Below, one piece after another: positions 37,251 through 45,885 of a DNA stretch of 64,000 nt (positions are counted from its first letter, which is position 1; every line of letters starts with the position of its first letter). The notes below the pieces were generated by a model. The model worked only from the letters and a program-made list of their open reading frames with translations. It did not search any database and was not told where the DNA came from. The translations under genes were made by a program, and so were the position numbers. Origin of the DNA: a virus; IMG/VR virus record IMGVR_UViG_3300027126_000006; one strand, written 5' to 3'.

Positions 37251-37878
37251 ACTGATCTCTTAGTTCTCGGAACTTAAAGATCCAATCATTCCTCTTTTCT
37301 TGGAATATCAACGGGTCATGGTCATCAACGCCCATGATAATCAGAAGTCTTCCAACAGGAATTCCTGTTAACTCCTCAAACATAACTGCATATGCCGAAG
37401 TCTGCATAAAGTAGTCATGAATCCAATCTCTTTGCTTAGGCTTTGATGCAGTCTTAAAATCAATCACATGCAGCTTGCCTTCATACTCAGCAATACAATC
37501 AACTGTTCCAGCCACCTTAAGATGATGTGAATATAGTTGTGTCTCAAGGCAGTGAATATTATTTATCTTATCCAGAAATGGCTTGATAGAATTGAACACC
37601 TCAACATCCGGCAGCGATGGCTTAGCATAGCCAGTCTTCAGATAATCCTCACAAAGAGTGTGTACAGCAGTACCACGCTTTGATGCCTTTTTGCTGATCT
37701 GGTTAGCCTGCTCATGTCCTACCCTATTCCGCCACTCCTGTATGTGCTTAGCTTTGTGTTGGCCAACAACAGTAGTGACAGAGGGATATGCGTTCCCGTC
37801 GGGAGTCTGATAGAGTCTGCCTCCATCAGAATCCACACGCACTAATTTTGGAATGTCATGGTGAATAAAAGTCTTCAT
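37237..37878 (-). CDS. PD-(D/E)XK Cas4-like exonuclease
   Basis: YPSVTTV, RGTAVH, AGTVDC, VIDFKTA and YFMQTSAYA. Confidence 0.9.
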   Translation of the reverse strand: MKTFIHHDIPKLVRVDSDGGRLYQTPDGNAYPSVTTVVGQHKAKHIQEWRNRVGHEQANQISKKASKRGTAVHTLCEDYLKTGYAKPSLPDVEVFNSIKPFLDKINNIHCLETQLYSHHLKVAGTVDCIAEYEGKLHVIDFKTASKPKQRDWIHDYFMQTSAYAVMFEELTGIPVGRLLIIMGVDDHDPLIFQEKRNDWIFKFRELRDQFSAL

Positions 37879-38498
37879 GCAAAATAGTTCATAATTTTAT
37901 CGTAGTATGCTTGCCGATGATCAAGACCATTGTAGCCTCCGTTGACGGCCTTGGTCATTCTCCGAACATCTCTATCATCAGCATACACATTAATGTTATT
38001 AATTGTCCAGTACCATGTTGCAGTCGCAATCGACACACTCTTATCATTAATCAAGACGTCAGGATCTTCCATAATGAAATCTTCATTTCCTGGATAGACA
38101 TCACGAGCAAAATGTAGGTAGTTGTTTCTGCCCGTCAGATGGATAGGTCCTCGTCCACGAAACTTCCAACCATCCTCTGTCTCAGCAGGACCATTACCCA
38201 TCCGATTGCCATATGCATAGCTGGCAACTAGAACTGGTTTGTAGTGGCATTTGTTGGCTAGTTCTCGATTAAAGATTCGTGGCCACACTTGCATCATACG
38301 ATCGGCAGAGTAGTTCATGTTCTCTTCGAACCATCGCCAGCCACCTGTCTCAGCACCACATTGAGACAGAAATCCAGCTACACGATCAAGCGTATCGATG
38401 TCAAATGTTGGGAGAGTTACGTTTAGCGCATCAACCCATTCATCAGCTTCAATTGCAGTGGGAAATACACTCTTAAAAAATTCAGATGTTATTTGCAT
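37875..38498 (-). CDS. GH19 chitinase-like endolysin
   Basis: AGFLSQCGAETGG..FEENMNYS, YGNRMGN..DGWKFRGRG.IHLTGRNNY and VNGGYNGL..R. Confidence 0.9.
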   Translation of the reverse strand: MQITSEFFKSVFPTAIEADEWVDALNVTLPTFDIDTLDRVAGFLSQCGAETGGWRWFEENMNYSADRMMQVWPRIFNRELANKCHYKPVLVASYAYGNRMGNGPAETEDGWKFRGRGPIHLTGRNNYLHFARDVYPGNEDFIMEDPDVLINDKSVSIATATWYWTINNINVYADDRDVRRMTKAVNGGYNGLDHRQAYYDKIMNYFA

Positions 38499-38502
38499 TT
38501 TC

Positions 38503-39264
38503 CTATCCTTGAGAGTCCATTATATCTTCGTATTTAAGTTTAGCTAAGATGTAATCACGAACTAATGAAGAACGAACGATATCATCTACCGTGAATTCAA
38601 TCCTCGTGAATGCTTCCATGTGATATGCAATATCGAAGAACTTTAAGATACCACTAACATCATTCTTTTTCTTGTTTAAGTCTGTCTGGCGATAATCTCC
38701 ACACCAGATGATTTTCGATCGATACCCAACTCGAGTCATAACAGTATCGATCTCTTCGTAAGTCAAGTTCTGCATCTCATCAACAATAATGATTGCATCA
38801 TCAAACGACATCCCGCGAATGAACGACGTGGAGATGAATTCGATGTGATGTTGCTCTTCGAGTCTATCCCATGCATCTTTCCTACCAAAAAGAGTTTCGC
38901 AGATTTGTCTGTATGGTTGTTGATAGATCTCCATCTTTTCATTCACGTCACCAGGAAGATGACCAATCTCTCTTCCCTGCACTGCTGAGCGAACAACAAT
39001 AATTTTATTGAAAGGGTTGGATTTGTCTAGGACTTCTTCAATCGCCTTATACATGGCACAGAAAGTTTTACCAGTACCGGCAACACCATGTAGAGCTATA
39101 AAGTAGTCTCCTGTCTTGTATGCTTCGAAGAACTTCTTTTGATTTTCCGTAAGAGGGTCGAAAGTCTTTAGGTCGTCTATCCTTAATTTAAGGTGATTGT
39201 TTGGTTTGATTGGTTTTACATTATCTTCTTCTTGTTCAGATACTTTTACAGCACGACGAGCCAT
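38503..39264 (-). CDS. phoH: PhoH-family ATPase
   Basis: GVAGTGKT, IGHLPG, SFIRGMSFD, DEMQN, GDYRQTDL and DIVRS. Confidence 0.95.
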   Translation of the reverse strand: MARRAVKVSEQEEDNVKPIKPNNHLKLRIDDLKTFDPLTENQKKFFEAYKTGDYFIALHGVAGTGKTFCAMYKAIEEVLDKSNPFNKIIVVRSAVQGREIGHLPGDVNEKMEIYQQPYRQICETLFGRKDAWDRLEEQHHIEFISTSFIRGMSFDDAIIIVDEMQNLTYEEIDTVMTRVGYRSKIIWCGDYRQTDLNKKKNDVSGILKFFDIAYHMEAFTRIEFTVDDIVRSSLVRDYILAKLKYEDIMDSQG

Positions 39265-39274
39265 CTGATTCCTT

Positions 39275-39517
39275 TCAAATGTTGGTTGTCCTATTTAGAA
39301 CACTCCCGGGAGTTGTTGCGTGAATTTTTTGAAGCACCTCTTTGAACCCACCACTATTTTTAACACCTATCCGAATAGGGTCTGCGGCAACTGGTGCGGC
39401 CAATATAACTTGCTCGAGATGTGGATTGTCTTTGAGGAATTGTTCCCTACCTGACATTGACATCACCATCTCAGTTACTTCACCTGACCGCTTGTCTCTA
39501 AAATTATATGTTGGCAT
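39275..39517 (-). CDS. FmdB-like regulatory protein
   Basis: MPTYNFRD...FLKDNPHLEQ...GFKEVLQKIH. Confidence 0.75.
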   Translation of the reverse strand: MPTYNFRDKRSGEVTEMVMSMSGREQFLKDNPHLEQVILAAPVAADPIRIGVKNSGGFKEVLQKIHATTPGSVLNRTTNI

Positions 39518-39525
39518 AAAATCCC

Positions 39526-39858
39526 TTAACAATGATTATCCGTGGGGTCAAAAATATCCAGGAGATTACCGCATATCCAGTTGGCAAACTTACCACGCCA
39601 GCTGTTTGGATCAGTTTCTATGTAACGCTTCAAGCGAGCCGTAACAAGCCACTCTCTCGGAATATCTAAAAACACTACAGATGCAATTGTAATATTACTC
39701 AATGCATCTACTAACAGACCAAGGAACAACCAAGGCCCGCCAAGTATATATGTTGTTGTGGATAGCTTCTTGTGTAGATGAGCTCTATACAACCCCATCA
39801 CCAACACATACAAAGACCAAAACGCCCACAAGTATACAATTAAGTAAAGTACAATCAT
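39526..39858 (-). CDS. membrane hypothetical protein
   Basis: TM segments; VTARLKRY...LLDIFDP..HC. Confidence 0.7.
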   Translation of the reverse strand: MIVLYLIVYLWAFWSLYVLVMGLYRAHLHKKLSTTTYILGGPWLFLGLLVDALSNITIASVVFLDIPREWLVTARLKRYIETDPNSWRGKFANWICGNLLDIFDPTDNHC

Positions 39859-40043
39859 GTCCCCTCTTCCTCTTTTTTGTTTACAAGAATGGCATCGTGC
39901 TTAAGCACGATGTTACTATAACCCGATGGCGTTCGCGATAGAAACTCCGTCTCGTACTCACACAGCAATGGTACATCTTGTCCTACCATACCAGCATACC
40001 ACATGCGAGAATCGCTACATTTTAAAATACGGATTACTTTCAT
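39855..40043 (-). CDS. hypothetical protein
   Basis: ORF track; coupled to the next gene. Confidence 0.6.
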   Translation of the reverse strand: MKVIRILKCSDSRMWYAGMVGQDVPLLCEYETEFLSRTPSGYSNIVLKHDAILVNKKEEEGT

Positions 40044-40061
40044 ATATATCTTCCCGTAAAC

Positions 40062-40084
40062 AAAAAAGGGAGCCGAAGCTCCCT
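40062..40084 (-). terminator. intrinsic terminator with UUCG tetraloop
   Basis: AGGGAGC-TTCG-GCTCCCT-TTTTT on the minus strand. Confidence 0.9.
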
Positions 40085-40107
40085 AAGAAACTCTAAACTA
40101 CTCTATG

Positions 40108-40536
40108 TTACTTCTGGACGTTGTAGTAGTAAGTAGTCGCTCCAGCTTTCTGCATCTCGAGCTCAGTCATAAACGCGTTGATGATCTCACCACGCGACTT
40201 ACCTTGCTTAGTAAGATTGATGAACAACTCACGAGCTCGAGCGAGCTTAGAGTTTGCACGAGCATTGCGCTCGACTTTCACCTTAGCAGGCTTAGGTGCT
40301 TTGACAGCTTTCGCCTTAGCAGGCTTAGCTACCTTCTCCTTCACTGCTTTGACGAGCTTCGTCTGCTCAACAGCAGGTTCGTCTTCCGGAATCTCAGGCA
40401 GAGACATTCCAGTCATAAGAGAGATGTCACCCTCCGCTTCCGGATACTTCTGGATGAGAATCTCACGAGCCTCTTCGGTCGTATAGGACTGAACGAGGTG
40501 GTTAAACATCGCTTGCATCACTTGTTCGCTAACCAT
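40108..40536 (-). CDS. basic early protein with PAK-rich linker (putative DNA-binding)
   Basis: KPAKAKAVKAPKPAK; C-terminal IINAFM.EL.M.KAGATTYYYN; SD AAGGAG. Confidence 0.65.
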   Translation of the reverse strand: MVSEQVMQAMFNHLVQSYTTEEAREILIQKYPEAEGDISLMTGMSLPEIPEDEPAVEQTKLVKAVKEKVAKPAKAKAVKAPKPAKVKVERNARANSKLARARELFINLTKQGKSRGEIINAFMTELEMQKAGATTYYYNVQK

Positions 40537-40561
40537 AGTATAACTCCTTAGGATCAAAAAA

Positions 40562-40870
40562 TTACTGCACGTTCGGCTTGGTCACAACCACAGGGCTCGG
40601 CTTGCGAGCTTTCTTCTTAGCAGCGAGACCAACGGTTCCTACTTCCTTCGACAAGTTCTTCTTATACAGTCGATCGAGGCGGTCCTCGAGTCGCTGGATC
40701 GCAGCCTTACGCTTCACCTCACGAGCTTCACGCTTCGCTTGGACAGCAGCAGCCTTAGCAGCCTTCAGTCGAGCAACTTCATCGTTGATCATCTGATCAA
40801 CACGGTCGCGTTCTTGTTTGAGGTTCGAAATGGTTTCGGCAATCGCCATCAGTTGTTCAGTCGTCATCAT
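40562..40870 (-). CDS. basic coiled-coil early protein
   Basis: ORF with RBS after the promoter at 40917-40945. Confidence 0.65.
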   Translation of the reverse strand: MMTTEQLMAIAETISNLKQERDRVDQMINDEVARLKAAKAAAVQAKREAREVKRKAAIQRLEDRLDRLYKKNLSKEVGTVGLAAKKKARKPSPVVVTKPNVQ

Positions 40871-40916
40871 AATATAGTTCCTTTCAGGTTAGGTGCAGAT
40901 CACTTACTACAAGACC

Positions 40917-40945
40917 ATTATAGGTCAAATTGGAATTAATGTCAA
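40917..40945 (-). promoter_or_regulatory. early promoter TTGACA-N17-TATAAT
   Basis: perfect consensus plus TTAATTCC. Confidence 0.88.
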
Positions 40946-41151
40946 CAGCGGACACTCGTCACACACTCGTGCTCGAGGAGCACACGGCACACCGGTTCGC
41001 TGCGCCAGCGAAGCGAAATCGGCTCCTCGAGCACAACGGTGTGTTGAACTTTGCCGCCGTACTTGACGCGCGACAGTTCGACACGACCCTTGACAGGGTA
41101 TTCACCCATGTACTTGCCTTCAACAATCATTCCTTCAAAATTCCACATCAC
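40942..41151 (-). CDS. hypothetical early protein
   Basis: one-gene cassette between two promoters. Confidence 0.7.
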   Translation of the reverse strand: MMWNFEGMIVEGKYMGEYPVKGRVELSRVKYGGKVQHTVVLEEPISLRWRSEPVCRVLLEHECVTSVRC

Positions 41152-41172
41152 GTTTCCTTATTCAGTATGATC

Positions 41173-41201
41173 ATTATAGGTCAAATTGGAATTAATGTCA
41201 A
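41173..41201 (-). promoter_or_regulatory. early promoter TTGACA-N17-TATAAT
   Basis: identical 29 nt to the 40917 promoter. Confidence 0.88.
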
Positions 41202-41303
41202 CGGTCGTTATCGCGGGGATTTACAGCGAAAAGTGCCAGCACAGCCGCGATAATAACAACATACAACCCAAACCAGATGCAGAATGCAGCAAATACACTC
41301 ACA

Positions 41304-41477
41304 TTATTCTCCTTTACTGCAGATGTACACTACGATACATCCAGCGATAGTCAGCGACAGAACCAACGTCCAGTCGAGAAGCGTTGCAGAAGCAGGAAGC
41401 TCGGTGATCCCACCAGCACCGCCAACAGCCATCAACAAGCCAGCAACAAATCCAATCTTTTTCATAAAATCATCCAT
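41304..41477 (-). CDS. small two-TM membrane protein
   Basis: MDDFMKKIGFVAGLLMAVGG...; follows the promoter at 41500. Confidence 0.6.
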   Translation of the reverse strand: MDDFMKKIGFVAGLLMAVGGAGGITELPASATLLDWTLVLSLTIAGCIVVYICSKGE

Positions 41478-41499
41478 AGCGTGTTTCTTCAGTATGATC

Positions 41500-41528
41500 A
41501 TTATAGGATAAATCAGAATTAATGTCAA
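41500..41528 (-). promoter_or_regulatory. early promoter TTGACA-N17-TATAAT
   Basis: consensus; shares its leader with the 41173 promoter. Confidence 0.85.
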
Positions 41529-41851
41529 CCGGTGAATTTTGCGGTGTGTTTGCACGATCCACGAAAGCGTCCTGCAGGGCAGGAACAGGTGTAGTTTCCG
41601 TCTCTCAGAGCAACAGTGTACACTGCACCCCTCGATCCCTTCACATACCAGGTATCCGTCTTATCCCTTGTCCGGACAAGGACCTTGTATGTTCGACCTC
41701 TCCAGCTCATCTCGAGCGGCTTCGTGAACAATTGAGGAAACTTCTCACCAACCTTGATGTAGCCATACGCATACCTCATATCATCCGACATGATGTACTT
41801 GTGGTTGGGAAAGTCTTCTGCCCAAACAGTGGTTTCTTGTACTGTAATCAT
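41525..41851 (-). CDS. SWIM zinc-finger protein
   Basis: YTCSCPAGRFRGSCKH. Confidence 0.75.
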   Translation of the reverse strand: MITVQETTVWAEDFPNHKYIMSDDMRYAYGYIKVGEKFPQLFTKPLEMSWRGRTYKVLVRTRDKTDTWYVKGSRGAVYTVALRDGNYTCSCPAGRFRGSCKHTAKFTG

Positions 41852-41857
41852 AAGTAC

Positions 41858-41886
41858 ATTGTAGGGCATTTGGGAATTAAAGTCAA
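41858..41886 (-). promoter_or_regulatory. early promoter TTGACT-N17-TACAAT
   Basis: ggaattaaagtcaac variant. Confidence 0.7.
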
Positions 41887-41896
41887 CAAGCGGATT

Positions 41897-42472
41897 TTAC
41901 GTCAGTTTTGCGCGTAATCTTGAGTGTGATGGTAGAGCAGACTTCAGAAACTCCATCTGATCAGCAAGGATCTTCCTGTTGCACATAATCAACCCCTCTT
42001 CACGACATGGAATGTATGGAAGATAGAGAAGAGACATTCCACACTCTTCAAGAAGGCGATCATCCTTCTTGTTGTTGCAGCGTCTACATGAGGTAACACA
42101 ATTCATCCAGGTATGACCACCTCCACGTGACTTTGGAGTGATGTGGTCATTAGTAAGATCACGGTACTCACACTCTTCACCACAGTAAGCACAAATGTTC
42201 AGATCTCGGCCGAACAATGTACGGTTGGTCAGCATCAGGGGCTTTCGTTTTGGATGGTGGGTCCCTCTAACAGCTATGATCGATGAGAATGAAACTCGAG
42301 ATCTGTTTCCAGATAGTTTGTTCTCACCGCCGTGCTTGGTCCACGACCAGTCCCCTGTTTCCCATGCTACAACGTCTTTGACTTTATATGTTACAGCATC
42401 CTGCCAGGTCGACCAGTGTGTCGGCGTTCCGTGTTCGTTTAGTGTAAGTATCAATGGGGTCATTTGAATCAC
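41897..42472 (-). CDS. HNH endonuclease (McrA-like)
   Basis: LFGRDLNICAYCG, DHITPKSRGG..TWMNCVTSCRRCNNKK. Confidence 0.9.
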   Translation of the reverse strand: MIQMTPLILTLNEHGTPTHWSTWQDAVTYKVKDVVAWETGDWSWTKHGGENKLSGNRSRVSFSSIIAVRGTHHPKRKPLMLTNRTLFGRDLNICAYCGEECEYRDLTNDHITPKSRGGGHTWMNCVTSCRRCNNKKDDRLLEECGMSLLYLPYIPCREEGLIMCNRKILADQMEFLKSALPSHSRLRAKLT

Positions 42473-42483
42473 TAACTCATGTT

Positions 42484-42822
42484 TGTGGGGGTATTGGATA
42501 ACAAGGAACCCCCGAAACCCCGCTTAGCCGATCAAGCAGCTAAGGCAAATACCTCATCGTTGGCATTTGTGGTTATTGCTTCTACGACCGGGTAATCCCA
42601 ATCCTAACGACTTTCGCATTGCCGAACTGTCCACTCTGTTACTCATTGCCCTGTCGAACCTATTTCGCCCCCATCAAAAGTAATCTAGTTTGGATTCGAA
42701 CCTTGTCCATGTATTGTCTACCTGCACGTCCCACCGTACTGGCCAGATTACTTTTGGTGGAGGCGGCGAGGCACTGCCCCCCGCGTCCAGAACACTTTTC
42801 TCTTTGCTTCATACAGTCATTC
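42484..42822 (-). ncRNA. ssrA: circularly permuted (two-piece) tmRNA; tag peptide ANDEVFALAA
   Basis: acceptor piece ends CGCCTCCACCA at 42755; coding piece starts GGGGGCGAAATAGGTTCGAC at 42672; G3:U70 pair; tag ORF 42564-42532; outer ends approximate. Confidence 0.92.
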
Positions 42823-43293
42823 TTATAATATCTCAAACCTCAAATTAGCGTGGTCTGGATATTGTACTGCCACTTCTCCTTCAGGACATTTATAATTGAT
42901 ATGCCCCAAAAGAGTTGCTGTTCCTTTTGCTATCATACTACGGTGATCTTTATCAATAGTAAAAGTGTATGCAAAGGTGTCAACTCTATGATTAGCTGGC
43001 CCAGAAAACTTCGTGACACTGGGTGTAGCTGGGTGAGCGTGATACTTGCTATCTTTTACTTCAATCGCGAATCCTGTCACATCACAATCATTTCTTAGTT
43101 TTTCTCGAGCTACTACTACATCAAACGTACCATCAACTGGTCCACTTGATATACGAAAATGTTCAGGGTGCCACTTTAAAATTTCTTTCGATGCTATCTG
43201 CTTCCATACTTCAAAACCGCCACCTAACATTGCAAATGTCGCTGCGATAACACCCAAGACTTTCTTCAAGCCTTCGATGTCTAGGGAAAGCAT
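42823..43293 (-). CDS. membrane-anchored hypothetical protein (probably late)
   Basis: N-terminal TM; ACTAAATA late-like motif near 43341. Confidence 0.6.
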   Translation of the reverse strand: MLSLDIEGLKKVLGVIAATFAMLGGGFEVWKQIASKEILKWHPEHFRISSGPVDGTFDVVVAREKLRNDCDVTGFAIEVKDSKYHAHPATPSVTKFSGPANHRVDTFAYTFTIDKDHRSMIAKGTATLLGHINYKCPEGEVAVQYPDHANLRFEIL

Positions 43294-43323
43294 TGATCCT
43301 CCTTTGATGAAAGTTAATCGTAT

Positions 43324-44046
43324 TCACGTAACCATGTAATTATTTAGTATGACCTTTATGGTCACTAGATTCTTGTAGTGTAAAATATTATCACTCATTG
43401 AATTGATGCTGTCAACAATCCTTTGACGGACCTCGAGGTCACTGAACACAAGATCCAATGGCTTAACATCTACTCGAACGAAGAACAGACTGCTATCCTG
43501 ATCTAGTGGAATTGATGTCTGCCTTTCTGTTCTGAAATATAGATCACTGATAGTTTTAGGAACACTTTGAGGTTTTGACTTTGGATGCTGACTTAGTGAA
43601 GCACTGTTTGTGATAGTCCATACAGATCTCTCGAATGGTTGCCTGCACATCGCTTCTGCGATTCGACTCGATGCATTGACTAACTTCTCCCCATCAGCAA
43701 CGGCCTCATGTATAGATGTAAGAGACATTCCTAACCGTTCTCGAGGAACCCAACTACTTGGAAAACAGAAACAAATTGCCGTCAGTATCCCTTTATGAAG
43801 AATAGCAACATCTTCTTCGAAGTTTAATGCAAAACTCGCAATATTGCTGGTACGATTAACTTTACACAATTCACTTGCTTTTAACACCAGGTCGCCACCA
43901 CCTTCTAACGAACCATACAGATCAGTACCCCACATGATCATCTCACATACTTTGTTGTACCCTAGTCGAGGTGATACTGTAAACAAAGGCCCACTAGCCT
44001 TCTGCATATGTGGGTTGGTTGTGTAGGGTACCTTGATCTCAACCAT
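43324..44046 (-). CDS. DUF3445 / heme-dependent oxidative N-demethylase alpha-like protein
   Basis: EEDVAIL, CFCFPSSW.P.ERLGMSL..IH..V, FERSVWTI and FRTERQT. Confidence 0.78.
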   Translation of the reverse strand: MVEIKVPYTTNPHMQKASGPLFTVSPRLGYNKVCEMIMWGTDLYGSLEGGGDLVLKASELCKVNRTSNIASFALNFEEDVAILHKGILTAICFCFPSSWVPRERLGMSLTSIHEAVADGEKLVNASSRIAEAMCRQPFERSVWTITNSASLSQHPKSKPQSVPKTISDLYFRTERQTSIPLDQDSSLFFVRVDVKPLDLVFSDLEVRQRIVDSINSMSDNILHYKNLVTIKVILNNYMVT

Positions 44047-44587
44047 CGATCAGACCTTGAATAAACCAGATCGGTACTTGTCTGTTCGTCCATCTTGCAA
44101 ATCGTGCTTTCTTCTCTACATAGAACTTCTTGTACGAGGATAGAGAATCACCCAACACTTTACATTCGTCAGGCATTGCCGGAGTTGGAGATGTAAATGG
44201 TTTGCCGCTAATTGTAGAGGGACAACGATATAATACCTCCCTGTACTGCTCACATGCATGCCTTCTACCGTAACGATGCGTATACTCTTCCAAGAGACAT
44301 ATCCACATATCGTAGAGCCATCTATAGTTCTCTTTACTCGCGCGAGTCCAGATAGCAGAGGGATGGTTAACATGAGAGGCCTTCATTAGGCTAGATTCTA
44401 ATAAAGGGTGTTGCCATCTTCGAATCTTGCGGCCGCTCGACGTCAAGCTAACATATTCTTGACCATCAAGAATTCTGTGTGCTGTTGACATCAACTGAGC
44501 ATATTCGATAATCATCTTCACGACATGCTTATCGCAATGCATCTCAGCACAAGTCTTAGGATCAGAGTCTAAGTAGAAGATGTTCAT
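44039..44587 (-). CDS. pyrimidine-dimer DNA glycosylase / DenV-like protein
   Basis: MNIFYLD..P..CAEMHCDKHVVKMI.EYAQLMSTAH, HVNHPS..W and EYTHRYG. Confidence 0.85.
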   Translation of the reverse strand: MNIFYLDSDPKTCAEMHCDKHVVKMIIEYAQLMSTAHRILDGQEYVSLTSSGRKIRRWQHPLLESSLMKASHVNHPSAIWTRASKENYRWLYDMWICLLEEYTHRYGRRHACEQYREVLYRCPSTISGKPFTSPTPAMPDECKVLGDSLSSYKKFYVEKKARFARWTNRQVPIWFIQGLIDG

Positions 44588-44595
44588 GATATAAG

Positions 44596-44671
44596 TGGCC
44601 TGCCCGGCAGGAATCGAACCTGCGACCCACAGCTTAGAAGGCTGTTGTTCTATCCCCTGAACTACGGGCAG
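44596..44671 (-). tRNA. tRNA-Arg(UCU)
   Basis: cloverleaf CTGCCCG/CGGGCAG, anticodon loop CTTCTAA, encoded CCA. Confidence 0.95.
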
Positions 44672-44677
44672 AATAAA

Positions 44678-44881
44678 TTAGCAGCCTTCGTCTCTGGCAA
44701 TATCAGCTAGAATCTCTTTAGTGAGAACATCAACAGCAGAGAGTACACATTCTTCTGTACTCAGGATGTCTTGATAGTCGTTTGACTTTCGTTTGAAGAT
44801 CAGATCGTAGTTGTCACGATACGATTGAGTAGTACCTTTTGTTTGAATACTATCACCTGTAATATCGTTCTTTGCTACCAT
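44678..44881 (-). CDS. small hypothetical protein
   Basis: MVAKNDITGDSIQTK..Y.DNYD.IF motif; SD AGGAG. Confidence 0.7.
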   Translation of the reverse strand: MVAKNDITGDSIQTKGTTQSYRDNYDLIFKRKSNDYQDILSTEECVLSAVDVLTKEILADIARDEGC

Positions 44882-44897
44882 AATAAACTCCTAATGG

Positions 44898-44976
44898 TGG
44901 TCTCCGAGGTGGGATTCGAACTCACGTTATTCCTCATCCCAAATGAGGTGCCATAACCGGACTAGGCGACTCGGAG
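44898..44976 (-). tRNA. tRNA-Pro(UGG)
   Basis: CTCCGAG/CTCGGAG, loop TTTGGGA, CCA; one A-C mismatch in the T stem. Confidence 0.9.
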
Positions 44977-44985
44977 ATTTTAATC

Positions 44986-45309
44986 TTACTGAACTACGAT
45001 TTGGACAGTGCGCACACAATTGCACTCGGGAATAAACACGTTAACATTTCGATAGTTCACTACCGGCTGTGGCATGACATAATGAGGTTGCTGGTAATAA
45101 ACTGGAGCAGGAGGAACATAAGCAGGAGCCGTGTACACAGGCGCTGCATAGACAGGAGTCGTAGCAGCCCCAATGGCAGCTCCAACAATGAAACCTCCAA
45201 CCAACGGTGCTACCCAACCATGATTGTGGTGACGATGACCGTGAGGGCCCGCAACAGCCACAGTGGCAGCAGAAGCAATCACGACACCAATAAGAAGTTT
45301 CTTAAACAT
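44986..45309 (-). CDS. secreted His/Pro-rich protein
   Basis: signal peptide, HGHRHHNHG, glycine-zipper TM and PVY repeats. Confidence 0.7.
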   Translation of the reverse strand: MFKKLLIGVVIASAATVAVAGPHGHRHHNHGWVAPLVGGFIVGAAIGAATTPVYAAPVYTAPAYVPPAPVYYQQPHYVMPQPVVNYRNVNVFIPECNCVRTVQIVVQ

Positions 45310-45338
45310 AGTTTTACATCCTTGTGTAGTATATGTAC

Positions 45339-45367
45339 ATTATAACACAAGACATATTTATTGTCAA
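45339..45367 (-). promoter_or_regulatory. early promoter TTGACA-N17-TATAAT
   Basis: consensus hexamers. Confidence 0.8.
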
Positions 45368-45376
45368 CAGGTGAAT

Positions 45377-45703
45377 TTACAGTGTTTTTGTGCCGCCTTC
45401 GTATGGTTTTGCTAAGTTAGACTCTAACATCAATCCCGATACATCTTTACCCTCAACTTCAATCTCAGCAAGATAATACCCCCACTTAGTTGCTTTCTGA
45501 GTACATACGACAACACTTTTATTGAGAGCAATACTCTGTAAAAGTTTTTTGGCTTCTTCAAAGCCTGGTGTACCACGTTCTGGGGTATCGATGTGAGCAA
45601 TACGAAGTCTCTGTACTGTTGTGAGCTTAAATCCAAGATCAATCACTGCATCGACAGTATCTCCGTCAACCACATTTGTAATCTTTGCATTATACTTGTA
45701 CAT
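45377..45703 (-). CDS. thermonuclease (SNase) family protein
   Basis: VVDGDTVDA.IDLGF...RLRIAHIDTPE...KWGYYLA. Confidence 0.85.
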   Translation of the reverse strand: MYKYNAKITNVVDGDTVDAVIDLGFKLTTVQRLRIAHIDTPERGTPGFEEAKKLLQSIALNKSVVVCTQKATKWGYYLAEIEVEGKDVSGLMLESNLAKPYEGGTKTL

Positions 45704-45704
45704 C

Positions 45705-45878
45705 TTACTTCTCCGTAACTTTCTGGGCTACATTGCCAGTGATATATGCTGCAACTGTGGCAATCACTACTGCAGAGTATACACCATCTGCAATCAATCC
45801 AAACTGGACCAAGAAGTGGCTAGAGGCCAAACTTAGTAGTGCAAGGATAAATTTTCTACTGATGATTTTATCTACCAT
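45705..45878 (-). CDS. small two-TM protein (holin-like)
   Basis: MVDKIISRKFILAL...AYITGNVAQK. Confidence 0.55.
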   Translation of the reverse strand: MVDKIISRKFILALLSLASSHFLVQFGLIADGVYSAVVIATVAAYITGNVAQKVTEK

Positions 45879-45885
45879 AACATCC

